The notes under the pieces are model-generated. The model was not told the DNA's origin and did no database searches. It saw only the letters and a program-made list of their open reading frames with translations. The position numbers and the translations under genes are program-made. Positions 54,020 through 63,873 of a stretch of DNA of 64,000 nucleotides are shown here, piece by piece (within the stretch, counting starts at the first letter, position 1; each line of letters opens with the position of its first letter). Origin of the DNA: Bdellovibrionales bacterium (GTDB lineage: Bacteria; Bdellovibrionota; Bdellovibrionia; Bdellovibrionales; JAGQZY01); contig JANOYW010000005.1 in assembly GCA_031429075.1 (NCBI GenBank), forward strand, positions 6,900 to 70,899. The letters are read 5' to 3'.

Positions 54020-54502
54020 TTAAAAAAGTTCTACAAGCTCATATTCAAAGGTTTTTTGATTCATTTTTACTTGGAAGGCATCGTTGAGTTTTTTTCCAAC
54101 AAGCACGCTTCCCACTGGAGATTCTGAAGTGATGACGTGATAGGTGGCTCCCGCGTGCATAATTTTTTGTCCACCGGCTGAGGGCAAAAGAAAAAATAGT
54201 TTTTCTGTAGCTTCATCGATGATCACTTTAATAACAGCGCTCACACTCACCGTATCGTTCGCACCAAAGCTTCGCAGTGTGAGCTTTTGAATTTTATAAA
54301 TGCTTTCTTTAAGTTCCTCAGCACGTTTGGCCTGTGCCCCCGCCAAATACGAAGCTTCGAGGCCGCGCGTGTCGTATTTGTTTTCGGCTTTGGATTCTTC
54401 GCTGGTTGCGGCCTCTTTGGCAACAAAGGCGGCGTGAACCAACGCCTCTAAATTGGCCTTGAGTTCGGCCAATAAAGTATCGAGGAGGATTTGTTTATTC
54501 AT
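54020..54502 (-). CDS. GreA/GreB-family-like protein
   Basis: N-terminal coiled coil (SKAENKYD) plus a C-terminal SPVGSVLVGKKLND segment resembling the Gre C-domain. Confidence 0.5.
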   Translation of the reverse strand: MNKQILLDTLLAELKANLEALVHAAFVAKEAATSEESKAENKYDTRGLEASYLAGAQAKRAEELKESIYKIQKLTLRSFGANDTVSVSAVIKVIIDEATEKLFFLLPSAGGQKIMHAGATYHVITSESPVGSVLVGKKLNDAFQVKMNQKTFEYELVELF

Positions 54503-54505
54503 CTT

Positions 54506-55747
54506 TTACGAGCGCTTGGGGGTGGTTTTTTCTTGCTTTTTATCATTGGCTTTCGCAAAAGCCGCAGCAAAAGATCCACCCATCAGTCCAGAAGTTTGTT
54601 GGGCTGTGTGTTGCTTCCACGAGCTGTCTTCTTCGGTGGTCGGCAGTCCCAACGAAATTTTTCGCTCTTCAAATTTAATTTCATCCACACGCACTTTTAC
54701 CGTGTCGCCTTTTTTGAGAGCCTCGTAAGTTTTTGCGTCTTCGGAATCGCGCCACTTTGATTTTGGCAACAAACCGTTGATTCCCGGAATAATCACCACA
54801 AAGAGTCCGTAGGCTTCTTTTTTATCGACAATCCCGTCGATAACAGCGCCAACAGGGTATTGCATTGGTATTTGGTTCCATGGGTCGGTCACTCCGCCGG
54901 CTTGTTTTAACGAAAGCGCAATTTTAAGACGGCTGTCTTCTTCTTCGATTTTTAAAATTTTCACTTGCACGGTGTTACCCACGCTCACGCCCTCAGACGC
55001 ATGCTTTAATCTCACGAAACCAACTTCAGAAACATGCACCAGGCCTTCAACGCCATTGCCGATGTCAACGAAGGCGCCGTACTGTTCCACGCGGGTCACT
55101 GTGCCCGATACAATTTCGCCCACTTTGTTTTTTTCGATCCACTCGCCTTCCATTTCGGCTTTTTGCAAGTTCAGCAATTTGCGGCGCGATACGACCATAT
55201 CTTTTTTGCGAGCATCAAATTGCGTAATTAAAAAATCAAATTTTTTGCCAATAAAAGCGCTGGCATCTTGCCCAAAGGGAACGCCCAACTGACTGATGGG
55301 ACAAAAGGCAGATTGCCCCTGCACGCTCACACGGTAACCACCGTTGACGGCTTCGGTCACCTTGCCCTCGACCGGCAGTTCCATATCAAAGGCGTCTTCG
55401 AGACTGTCAAAATCCACGGGCGCTGATTTTGAACCTTTGCGAGTCACGCGAATTTCGTTGCTGTTGGCGCGCACCACCACCACGTCGATCACATCGCCCA
55501 CTTTGTATTTTAAGATTTTGTTATCATCTAAAATATCTGTGTTGTACAAAATCGCGTCCAGGGTTGTCCCTGTAGAAACAAAAGCTTCGCTCTTTCCGAT
55601 ACTCAAAATTTCGGCCTTAAACGTGTCGCCCACGCGCAACGTTTTGGTCACATTCGACATGGAACTTTCGAACAGGTCGGCAAAATTTTGTGAGCTGTTG
55701 TCTACAGGATCATTAAATAAATCGGGGGTGTTTTTCTTTTTTGACAT
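54506..55747 (-). CDS. S1 RNA-binding domain protein (four S1 repeats)
   Basis: Repeated G..v.G.V......GaFV ... G.vH.S motifs (for example GTVTRVEQYGAFVDIGNGVEGLVHVSE). Confidence 0.8.
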   Translation of the reverse strand: MSKKKNTPDLFNDPVDNSSQNFADLFESSMSNVTKTLRVGDTFKAEILSIGKSEAFVSTGTTLDAILYNTDILDDNKILKYKVGDVIDVVVVRANSNEIRVTRKGSKSAPVDFDSLEDAFDMELPVEGKVTEAVNGGYRVSVQGQSAFCPISQLGVPFGQDASAFIGKKFDFLITQFDARKKDMVVSRRKLLNLQKAEMEGEWIEKNKVGEIVSGTVTRVEQYGAFVDIGNGVEGLVHVSEVGFVRLKHASEGVSVGNTVQVKILKIEEEDSRLKIALSLKQAGGVTDPWNQIPMQYPVGAVIDGIVDKKEAYGLFVVIIPGINGLLPKSKWRDSEDAKTYEALKKGDTVKVRVDEIKFEERKISLGLPTTEEDSSWKQHTAQQTSGLMGGSFAAAFAKANDKKQEKTTPKRS

Positions 55748-55840
55748 AGTCCACTTTTATAGCGCGATCTTGCGAGACGAGTCAAATTCGATCTAATCAT
55801 CCGTAGACTCCATGGCCCCCACCCATTATGCTGTTGTCCT

Positions 55841-56293
55841 ATGAATGAAAAACGCTCTTGGTTCAATCGTCTCGCAAAGGCTGCCGCATTTCGAGCAGGC
55901 CTCCCCTCCACCTTCTTTGTTGCGCTGCTGATTATTGTTACTTGGGGGCTGACCGGACCACTTTTTAATTTCAACGACACCTGGCAGTTGGTCATCAACA
56001 CAAGCACCACAATCATCACCTTCCTTATGGTTTTTTTGATTCAAAACGCACAAAATCGCGATTCGGCAGCGCTGCAAATCAAATTGGACGAACTCCTTCG
56101 CGCTGTTGACACAGCTCATAACTCATTGATTGATCTTGAGGAGCTGGAGGACTACGAAGTAAATCTTATTCGTCAAAAATATGCGGCCATTGCCAGTGTT
56201 GCGCGCAAAGATCTGAGATCTGGTAACGGCTTTAGCGAGTTCGATCCCGACATAGCTGATATTCGCGTCACCCCTAAAGGAAATCCTTTATGA
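55841..56293 (+). CDS. Low-affinity iron permease family protein
   Basis: FLMVFLIQNAQNRDSAALQIKLDELLRA is the family signature. Confidence 0.7.
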   Translation: MNEKRSWFNRLAKAAAFRAGLPSTFFVALLIIVTWGLTGPLFNFNDTWQLVINTSTTIITFLMVFLIQNAQNRDSAALQIKLDELLRAVDTAHNSLIDLEELEDYEVNLIRQKYAAIASVARKDLRSGNGFSEFDPDIADIRVTPKGNPL

Positions 56294-56637
56294 AATATTT
56301 AAAAGAGCTTTTGCAGTTTGTAAAAAATGTGGCCAACGATCCGCGGATTCCAGACTCCGATAAGAAAATCCTTTTGACGATGATCGCTTTGATTGTTTCA
56401 CCGGTGGATATCATACCGGACTGGATACCCATCATTGGCGTAATGGATGATTTGGTTTTGATGGCCATCGTGCTGGATTATTTTTTTAATCATTTGGATA
56501 GCGAAATTTTGTTGAGTCATTACCCGTGGTCGATGAAAAGTTTTTTACGAGTTAAACGTTCGGCACGAGTGGTGAGCCTGATGTCGCCGCGCTGGGTGAA
56601 AAATTATATTTGGAAATTTAAACCCAATATCTACTAG
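56290..56637 (+). CDS. YkvA/DUF1232 family membrane protein
   Basis: SPVDIIPDWIPIIGVMDDL motif. Confidence 0.75.
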   Translation: MKYLKELLQFVKNVANDPRIPDSDKKILLTMIALIVSPVDIIPDWIPIIGVMDDLVLMAIVLDYFFNHLDSEILLSHYPWSMKSFLRVKRSARVVSLMSPRWVKNYIWKFKPNIY

Positions 56638-56646
56638 GAATAGATT

Positions 56647-57156
56647 ATGAATCTTTTTTTTCGTCTGCTTTGGACACTTCTGGCTGCGCGGTTCCGCTCC
56701 CCCGTTTCCCTTATGGGCCCCTGCACCACCCCGTTTCGCTGTTTGCCCACGGATTTAGATGTCTTGCGACATATGAATAACGGCGTTTACTTGTCGTTGA
56801 TGGATCTTGCTCGCGTCGATTTAATAAATCGCGCAGGGTTAGCAAAAAAAATTACCGCGCAAAACTGGTACCCGGTGGTTGTTGCCGAAACAATACGCTT
56901 TCGCAAATCGCTGGAATTGTTTGACGTCTTTACCATCGAAACAAAAATTGTGGGCTGGGACGAAAAAGCTTTTCTCCTGGAGCAAAAATTTTTTCGCAAA
57001 GAGATTTGTATTGCCGATGCGCTGGTGCGCGCTCGATTTTTAAAAAAATCGGGTGGCTCGGTGTCTCCGCAAGAATTTTTCACTGCAATGCAAATTACGC
57101 CCCCACCTCTAGAAACTCCACAATGGGTGCGTGACTGGAATCAAAACCAGATTTGA
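56647..57156 (+). CDS. Hotdog-fold acyl-CoA thioesterase family protein
   Basis: DLDVLRHMNNGVYLSLMD ... Size and pattern fit 4HBT/thioesterase family proteins. Confidence 0.6.
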   Translation: MNLFFRLLWTLLAARFRSPVSLMGPCTTPFRCLPTDLDVLRHMNNGVYLSLMDLARVDLINRAGLAKKITAQNWYPVVVAETIRFRKSLELFDVFTIETKIVGWDEKAFLLEQKFFRKEICIADALVRARFLKKSGGSVSPQEFFTAMQITPPPLETPQWVRDWNQNQI

Positions 57157-57235
57157 ATTTGAATCACTGTATCGAAGCTAGTATTGTTGAAACAAACGAA
57201 GTACAGTGCCTTAAAATCAACAAATGAGGTTCTTC

Positions 57236-58279
57236 ATGATCAAAGCAAAAGCTTACGCCAATCACTCTGCCACCTCCCCTCTTCAGCCCTACGAATTTGA
57301 ACGCCGCTCGCCGAAGGCCGATGATGTGGTTATAGCCATTGATTACTGTGGAATCTGCCACTCCGACATTCACACCGCCCGCGGCGAATGGGGACCTGCC
57401 GCTTATCCGTGTGTTCCAGGCCACGAAATCGTGGGTCGCGTGATTGCCACTGGCAAAAAAGTAAAACGCTTTAAGGTAGGAGATCTTGCCGGCGTGGGTT
57501 GCTTCGTGGATTCCTGTGGAAAGTGCGATTGCTGTAAAGCCAACGAACAACAGCTCTGCCGCAAACACACGTCGTTTACCTACAACAGCACCGAGCAAGA
57601 TGGAAAAACTCCCACTCTTGGTGGTTACTCTTCGCACATCACCGTTAAAGATAAATACACACTTAAAATAAAAAAAGGCTTACCGCTGGATCGCGTGGCG
57701 CCACTTTTATGTGCCGGTATCACCACCTACTCTCCTCTTAAGCGCTTTAAAGTTAAAAAAGGTAGCAAAGTTGGCGTGGTAGGCTTGGGCGGTCTGGGTC
57801 ACATGGCCGTGAAAATCGCCAAAGCCATGGGTGCCGAAGTCACGGTGTTTAGCACTTCGCCCAACAAACAAGAGGATGCAAAAAAATTAGGTGCAAAAAA
57901 CTTTGTGGTTTCGAAAGATCCAAAAAACTTCGATGCTGTTGCTGGCAAGTTAGATTTGATCATTAACACTGTGTCTGCAAATCACGAGTTTTCACCGTAC
58001 ATGGGCGCTCTAAAAATTGGTGGCACTATGGTGCTTGTGGGTGCGGCTCCAGAGCCAAATCAAATTTCCGCCATGGCGCTTATTTTTGGCCGCAAGAGCA
58101 TCACTGGTTCTCTGATTGGTGGCATTAAAGAAACTCAAGAGATGCTCGATTTCTGCGCCAAAAAGAAAGTTTTTTCGGACATCGAGTTAATCAACGCCAA
58201 TAAAATTAACGAAGCCTACGAACGCACTGTGAAAGGTGATGTGAAGTATCGTTTTGTGATCGACATGAAAACACTTTAA
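57236..58279 (+). CDS. yahK: Zn-dependent NADP alcohol/aldehyde reductase, YahK-type
   Basis: CGICHSD, PGHEIVGRV, GVVGLGGLGHM and the C-terminal GGIKETQEMLDFC ... EAYERTVKGDVKYRFVID are closely collinear with E. coli YahK (recall). Confidence 0.85.
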   Translation: MIKAKAYANHSATSPLQPYEFERRSPKADDVVIAIDYCGICHSDIHTARGEWGPAAYPCVPGHEIVGRVIATGKKVKRFKVGDLAGVGCFVDSCGKCDCCKANEQQLCRKHTSFTYNSTEQDGKTPTLGGYSSHITVKDKYTLKIKKGLPLDRVAPLLCAGITTYSPLKRFKVKKGSKVGVVGLGGLGHMAVKIAKAMGAEVTVFSTSPNKQEDAKKLGAKNFVVSKDPKNFDAVAGKLDLIINTVSANHEFSPYMGALKIGGTMVLVGAAPEPNQISAMALIFGRKSITGSLIGGIKETQEMLDFCAKKKVFSDIELINANKINEAYERTVKGDVKYRFVIDMKTL

Positions 58280-58305
58280 ATAAATAAAAAATAAGGAGAC
58301 ATAAC

Positions 58306-58845
58306 ATGAAAACAATCAGTTTTTTTATAAGCATTCTTTTTGCAGCCAACGTTTATGCCGCCGACCTCAAGGTGACCAGTACGTCGTTTAAAAACAACGA
58401 AACCCTGCAAAACAAATATGTGTTTAATAGTTTTGGTTGCACTGGCGAAAACAAATCACCACAGGTGAAGTGGAGTAAAGGTCCCGAAGGCACAAAGTAC
58501 TACGCCGTGACTATTTATGATCCCGATGCTCCTACCGGTAGTGGCTGGTGGCATTGGACTGTATTAAACATTCCAAGCACGGTGACTGAGCTGGCAGAAG
58601 GCATCAGTGGCAATGTTAAAAAAATGCCAAAAGACAGCATTGAAGCGCGCACGGACTTTGGAAAACCTGGCTACGGTGGCCCCTGCCCGCCGCCCAAAAG
58701 CGCACCACACCATTACATTGTAACGGTGTATGCACTAAAGGATAAAATTCCATTGGATCAAGAAGCTCCCGGCGCCATGGTTGGTTATTACATCAACTCT
58801 CTTAAGATCAGCGAAGGTAAAATCACAGGACTTTACTCTCGCTAA
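58306..58845 (+). CDS. YbhB/YbcL-family PEBP (Raf kinase inhibitor-like), periplasmic
   Basis: Signal peptide, DPDAPTGSGWWHW and GPCPP ... HHY. Confidence 0.85.
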   Translation: MKTISFFISILFAANVYAADLKVTSTSFKNNETLQNKYVFNSFGCTGENKSPQVKWSKGPEGTKYYAVTIYDPDAPTGSGWWHWTVLNIPSTVTELAEGISGNVKKMPKDSIEARTDFGKPGYGGPCPPPKSAPHHYIVTVYALKDKIPLDQEAPGAMVGYYINSLKISEGKITGLYSR

Positions 58846-58857
58846 TTTGGCAAAATC

Positions 58858-60723
58858 ATGAAGACACCGATTTATTTTTCAAAATCCACAGACGCTTGTG
58901 ATTTTATTTTTAAATCGGTGGGCCCCGAAGTACGCCTCGCAGCCCCTCTCGGCCTCGGGAAGCCAAACGTTTTGCTCAACCACCTTTACGACCGGGTGAG
59001 CACAGACGCGAAACTGAAACTGCGCATTTACACCGCGCTATCCTTAGCTCTGCCTTCCGTGAAAGAGGAACTTGCCAAACTTTTTTTCGAACCCTTTGCA
59101 CTGAGACACTTGGGCAAAAACTATCCGCATCTCAAATACTCGCAAGCTGCGATTCGCGACACCGTACCCGACAATATCGCCGTGCACGAATTTTATGTTC
59201 AAGCAGGCTCCGCCCTAAAATCGAATCATCTTCAGCGAAATTACCAAAGTGTTAACTACACTCATGCCGCCGAAAATGTTTTACGCGTTGATGTGAATGT
59301 GATTGTGCAGCTGATTGCAAAAAGTGGCGAGGGCGCGAAAGCTCGCTACAGTTTAAGTTGCAACCCCGACATGACGTTGGATGTAGTGGATATTTACAAG
59401 GAAAACAATAAACCTCTCTGTCTGGTGGGGGTGATTCACCCGGATCTGCCTTTTTTAGGTGGCGAAGCCGAAGTGCCCGCCGATTTTTTTTCAGCCATTG
59501 TGGAGTCTCCTGAAAATTCATATGAACTGTTTGCCCTTCCCCGAATTCCTATTTCTAACGAAGATCACCTCATTGGTCTGTATGCCAGCCAACTAGTGCG
59601 CGACGAAGGCACGCTACAGATTGGTATCGGTTCACTGTCCGATGCCATTGTGTCGTCCCTTCGACTTCGCCATCAACAAAACTCAAGGTACGTGGCCATT
59701 TGCAAACACCTGGGCGCTGTGAAAGACGCTCAGCACAGTGTGTTTGAAAAAGGTTTGTATGGGCTTACAGAGATGCTCACCGATGGCTTTATGCACCTGC
59801 GACAGTGTGGAATTTTAAAACGCCACGTGGTGGACGAAACCACTGGAACTCGCACCTATGTCCACGGATCTTTTTACTTAGGCTCTAAAGCGTTCTACCA
59901 CTGGCTGCGCACTCTTCCGGAGGCTGAAGCGCAGGGATTGCGCATGACCCGCGTGAGTAAAGTGAACGATCTTTATGATCCCCAGGAAACTTTGTTGCGA
60001 CGACAAAGAGTTCAAGCTCGGTTTTTTAATACAACGATGCAAGTAAGCCTGCTGGGCGAGGCCATGAGCGAAACTCTCACCAACGGACATGTGGTGAGTG
60101 GTGTGGGCGGCCAGTACAACTTTGTAGCAATGTCTAGCGAACTCAAGGATTCACGGTCCGTGTTGATGTTGCGAAGTTATCGCTTTGATCATAACGGAAA
60201 ACGCACCTCCAATATTTTATGGAAACCCTGCCACGTTACCATCCCGCGGCACTTGCGCGACATGATCGTTACTGAGTATGGAGTGGCGGACCTTAAAGGG
60301 AAAAGTGATGAAGAGTGCGTGAAGGCTTTGCTGGCCATCACGGATTCGGAGTTTCAGGCAGAACTCATCGACATTGCGAAAAACCACGACAAGCTCGATA
60401 AAAATTATCAGCTGCCCGAAGAATTTAAAAACAATACTCCCTTACAGATCGCTAAAACACTGGGGCAAAGCGACTGCCAACAGGCATTTTTGCGCTTTCC
60501 CTTCGGCAGCGACTTCACCCCCGAAGAGGAACGTCTAACTTTAGCGCTTGAAAAACTTCAGGCTGACAAGAAAAAATCATGGCAAAACGTTTTAAAGAAA
60601 ATACTTTTTTCGAACGCAAAACCCGATGAGTTCCCCGCAGAACTTAAGCGCATGGGTTTGGCTGTACCAAAAACCTTAAAACACAGGCTGTACCAAAAAC
60701 TTGTGCTGGCCTACCTAGAATAG
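58858..60723 (+). CDS. Acetyl-CoA hydrolase/transferase family protein
   Basis: VSGVGGQYNFV motif and the length typical of the family. Confidence 0.75.
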   Translation: MKTPIYFSKSTDACDFIFKSVGPEVRLAAPLGLGKPNVLLNHLYDRVSTDAKLKLRIYTALSLALPSVKEELAKLFFEPFALRHLGKNYPHLKYSQAAIRDTVPDNIAVHEFYVQAGSALKSNHLQRNYQSVNYTHAAENVLRVDVNVIVQLIAKSGEGAKARYSLSCNPDMTLDVVDIYKENNKPLCLVGVIHPDLPFLGGEAEVPADFFSAIVESPENSYELFALPRIPISNEDHLIGLYASQLVRDEGTLQIGIGSLSDAIVSSLRLRHQQNSRYVAICKHLGAVKDAQHSVFEKGLYGLTEMLTDGFMHLRQCGILKRHVVDETTGTRTYVHGSFYLGSKAFYHWLRTLPEAEAQGLRMTRVSKVNDLYDPQETLLRRQRVQARFFNTTMQVSLLGEAMSETLTNGHVVSGVGGQYNFVAMSSELKDSRSVLMLRSYRFDHNGKRTSNILWKPCHVTIPRHLRDMIVTEYGVADLKGKSDEECVKALLAITDSEFQAELIDIAKNHDKLDKNYQLPEEFKNNTPLQIAKTLGQSDCQQAFLRFPFGSDFTPEEERLTLALEKLQADKKKSWQNVLKKILFSNAKPDEFPAELKRMGLAVPKTLKHRLYQKLVLAYLE

Positions 60724-60963
60724 CCCCGGACCTGCAGTTTAACGCAGCTCACTGTCATTGATTTATAAAACTCTCCATGACGACGCTCGTTTTATGGTGA
60801 CGAGGGTGTAACGAACTTTATGACAACGTCATCTCTCTTGAAGACGTTTTTTATTGCAAAATCAGTTCTACTTATTTTGACGACCCCTAGGTGCTGCGAA
60901 TATCTACATGGCTGCAACAAAAAACAACTGTTGGGGAAACTCAACAAACCAAGGGAGAATCAA

Positions 60964-61593
60964 ATGACAAAAATCGTATTTATTGCAGCACTTGTTTTGG
61001 GAACAATGGCGCAAGCAGGTATCAAAAGCGTAGACTATTTTGAAAAAGTAAAATTTGATAAAATGTCAGCGGCAGAAGCTTACTCAACTCAAAAATATGA
61101 AAAACAATATGCACATGTTGAGTTCCCAGGAACTGCAACTTACGTAAACTCTACTTTTGGTGTTTGTGTTGATGGAAAAACTGTTAAAACAATTAAACCC
61201 ATCGGCTATTGCGTTGCTTACTCTGCAACAAAAAAAGGCGAAACAAAAACCTTTAATACATTAGCAGCTGCAGACAGCTACGGTGGAAATGTAACTTGCA
61301 GCAAACAAGTTTACAAAGAATTGTCTTCTCCACTTAACTACACTGCCACTGAGTGTGCACTTTGGGCTGTTGACACAAAAATGGCCGGTCCTGCAAAAAC
61401 TTTTAAATACAAGAATTCTGCACAAGATTATGCTGATAACAATGATGATGCAGAATCAAATGCATCTCCTTACTGTGTAAAACAAGTTCAAGTTGCTAAA
61501 ACAATTTCAACTGTTTACGCGATTAAGTATTTCCTTGATGGCGCCGAGCTTGGTTCTAAAAAATACAGCATTCGCAGCTGCCAAGACATGTAA
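60964..61593 (+). CDS. Hypothetical secreted Cys-containing protein
   Basis: AAGGGAGAA lies upstream of the ATG at 60964. Signal peptide (TMAQA). No family recognised. Confidence 0.55.
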   Translation: MTKIVFIAALVLGTMAQAGIKSVDYFEKVKFDKMSAAEAYSTQKYEKQYAHVEFPGTATYVNSTFGVCVDGKTVKTIKPIGYCVAYSATKKGETKTFNTLAAADSYGGNVTCSKQVYKELSSPLNYTATECALWAVDTKMAGPAKTFKYKNSAQDYADNNDDAESNASPYCVKQVQVAKTISTVYAIKYFLDGAELGSKKYSIRSCQDM

Positions 61594-61613
61594 TTTATTT
61601 TTTACAGTTTGAT

Positions 61614-61647
61614 AAAAAGAGCCGGGCAACTGGCTCTTTTTGTTTTT
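61614..61647. terminator. Bidirectional Rho-independent terminator between convergent genes
   Basis: AAAAAG AGAGCC gggcaact GGCTCT TTTTTGTTTTT. Confidence 0.7.
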
Positions 61648-61656
61648 AAAGACCTC

Positions 61657-62442
61657 TTACGAGGTAAATCGCAGACTGCGCATCGAGATCGATGCATTCT
61701 GAATACCCTCAACGTCAAATACCAACTCATCTTTCGCCGTCGAGGCTCCTAAAATATAAAGCAACGGAAGATAGTGATCGGGCGTGGGAATACTCAGACG
61801 TCCTGCCTCAGTATTCAGAGCTTCGCTTGTCAGTGCTTTAAAATTTCTGTTAAGCGCTTGGGTTTTGACCCACTCATCAAACTCCATGGACCATTCAAAG
61901 GGCTTTGCATTCGTTTCCCAGGATAGGCGCCGCAAATTATGCACGATGTTTCCACTTCCCATAATCAACACCCCTTGATCGCGCAGAGGTTGAAGTTGCT
62001 CACCTAAGGCAAAATGATAGTCAGGAGTCTGACTCATATCCAGACTCAATTGCACAACCGGAATGTCCGCCGCGGGATAAACGTGCTTGAGTACCGACCA
62101 GGTTCCATGATCCAAACCCCAATCGTTATCATCGGCTCCTATTTTGGGATCGACGATGAGCTGTTGCACGTCCTGAGCGAGCTTTGGGCTTCCCGGTGCC
62201 GGATACTGCACATCAAAAAGCGCCTGCGGAAAACCATAAAAATCATGAATGGTTTTTGGGTTTTGCATGCTCGTGACCCAGGTCCCCTTGGTCATCCAGT
62301 GGGCTGAGATCATCAAAATCGCCTTGGGCTTCGGAAGTGCACGCCCAAGCTCCGTCATGGTTTTTGCGACGGAGTCTTCAGCAAGGGCATTCATCGGAGA
62401 GCCGTGCCCCAAAAAGAGCACCGGCATTCGTTGATTGTTCAT
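61657..62442 (-). CDS. ygiD: 4,5-DOPA dioxygenase extradiol (class III extradiol dioxygenase)
   Basis: MPVLFLGHGSPMNA ... ISAHW ... GSGNIVHNL matches the YgiD family. Confidence 0.85.
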   Translation of the reverse strand: MNNQRMPVLFLGHGSPMNALAEDSVAKTMTELGRALPKPKAILMISAHWMTKGTWVTSMQNPKTIHDFYGFPQALFDVQYPAPGSPKLAQDVQQLIVDPKIGADDNDWGLDHGTWSVLKHVYPAADIPVVQLSLDMSQTPDYHFALGEQLQPLRDQGVLIMGSGNIVHNLRRLSWETNAKPFEWSMEFDEWVKTQALNRNFKALTSEALNTEAGRLSIPTPDHYLPLLYILGASTAKDELVFDVEGIQNASISMRSLRFTS

Positions 62443-62888
62443 TAAATTTTTTCTGAAAGTTTTTGATCCACAGAGAATTTTCCTCCACCACGAATCATCA
62501 CAATCAGAGCCAGCCCGATGGCCAACAAATGGTATTCGTAACCTTCACCTTTTTGATTGCCATACCAGTTCATAAAAAACCCGTTGGCAGAATGTCCCAT
62601 AAAGATGGCCACAGTCATTACCGAAGCGATTCCAAAGGCGGCCACTCGAGACAGCAATCCTGTGATCAACCCGAGAGCTCCGGCAAATTCTGCAAGAATC
62701 GCTAAAAAGGCGAAGACCGCGGGAATGCCCATTTGTTCGGTGAAAAATCCCATGGTTCCAGAAAAACCATAGCCGCCGAACCAGCCTAAAACTTTTTGCG
62801 CGCCATGAGGGAACATCACCACTCCCAGCGTAAGACGGGCGACGAGAGCGGTTGTATCATTGGGTGTGTTGATTAACTTTTTTAGCAT
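62442..62888 (-). CDS. DoxX family membrane protein
   Basis: FPHGAQKVLGWFGGYGFSGTMGFF and four helices. 1-nt overlap with ygiD. Confidence 0.8.
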   Translation of the reverse strand: MLKKLINTPNDTTALVARLTLGVVMFPHGAQKVLGWFGGYGFSGTMGFFTEQMGIPAVFAFLAILAEFAGALGLITGLLSRVAAFGIASVMTVAIFMGHSANGFFMNWYGNQKGEGYEYHLLAIGLALIVMIRGGGKFSVDQKLSEKI

Positions 62889-62973
62889 AAATTCTCCTTT
62901 TTTTAATATTCTTAAGTATCGCCTAATTTCTGATTGTTGATTAGATGTTTAATTTGAATTACATTGTTTCCGT

Positions 62974-63873
62974 ATGGAAACAATTGAGATTGAACTGAGT
63001 CGTATTTTTGTCAAAGTGGTCCAGCAGGGCAGCTTTTCTAAAGCTGCGGAATTGCTCAAAATTCCTAAATCTTCTGTGAGCAAAGGTCTGGCTCGGCTGG
63101 AGAATCTCACGGGCACCAAACTTTTGCTAAGGACCACTCGCAGTCAAACCCTCACTGCCGCTGGGCGAGCTTTTTACGAAACCTGTTTGGAGCCCATTCA
63201 GATTTTAGAGGATGCACAAAAATCACTTTTAGGTCAGGACACGATTGTGTCGGGAACTATTAAACTCACCGCCGCCGAGGATATTGGCACTTACGTGATT
63301 GCGCCCGTGATCGGAGAGCTCTGCAGAACCCATCCAAAAATAAGTTTCGAACTTCACTACACCAATGAAGTTGTTGATTTGGTCAAAGATGGTTTTGATT
63401 TAGCCGTGCGTTTTGGAAAACTTGCGGAGAGTCAGTTAAAGGTTCGACCTGTGGGGCATATTGATATGATTGCCGTTGCAGCGCCCAGCTATCTCGCAGC
63501 CCATAAAAAAATCCAAGAACCTAGGGATCTGTCGGAGCACGATTGTTTATGCTTGCGCAACCATTCCATGAGTCGCACATGGGTTTTGCAAAACGATAAA
63601 AAGAAGTTGAGTGTCTCCGTCAAACCACGGGTTGAAAGTCATCAAATGACAAGTTTACTTAAGATTGCCACTGCCGGTGCGGGTGTTTTGTTTGCCCCTC
63701 GCTTTTTGTGCAGAGGTGACATCGAAAATGGAAATCTTGCGCGCGTTCTTCCTGGCTGGACGGGCGTGGGCATTCCCGTGAGCATCGTTTCTCCAGTTTC
63801 CATTGCGGCCACAGCAAGGTTAAAACTCGTGAGTGATTATATTGCTGCAGCCATTCAAAAGGAGCTCGATTAA
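62974..63873 (+). CDS. LysR-family transcriptional regulator
   Basis: N-terminal HTH (FVKVVQQGSFSKAAELLKIPKSSVSKGLARLE) and a LysR substrate-binding domain. Divergent from doxX-ygiD. Confidence 0.9.
   Translation: METIEIELSRIFVKVVQQGSFSKAAELLKIPKSSVSKGLARLENLTGTKLLLRTTRSQTLTAAGRAFYETCLEPIQILEDAQKSLLGQDTIVSGTIKLTAAEDIGTYVIAPVIGELCRTHPKISFELHYTNEVVDLVKDGFDLAVRFGKLAESQLKVRPVGHIDMIAVAAPSYLAAHKKIQEPRDLSEHDCLCLRNHSMSRTWVLQNDKKKLSVSVKPRVESHQMTSLLKIATAGAGVLFAPRFLCRGDIENGNLARVLPGWTGVGIPVSIVSPVSIAATARLKLVSDYIAAAIQKELD

Noticed and set aside
57164-57637. 157-aa minus-strand ORF
   Set aside because: Entirely antisense to the well-supported YahK-type dehydrogenase gene. The same reasoning applies to the many 60-130-aa ORFs nested inside the fibre, kinase, TamA/TamB, ABC, helicase and S1 genes listed in the track (for example 28053-28400, 33449-33835, 55344-55796).
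60824-60860. Terminator after the acetyl-CoA transferase gene (AACGTC ... GACGTT followed by a T-run)
   Set aside because: The stem is only 6 bp with a 12-nt loop, and it lies 100 nt past the stop. This is too weak to annotate.
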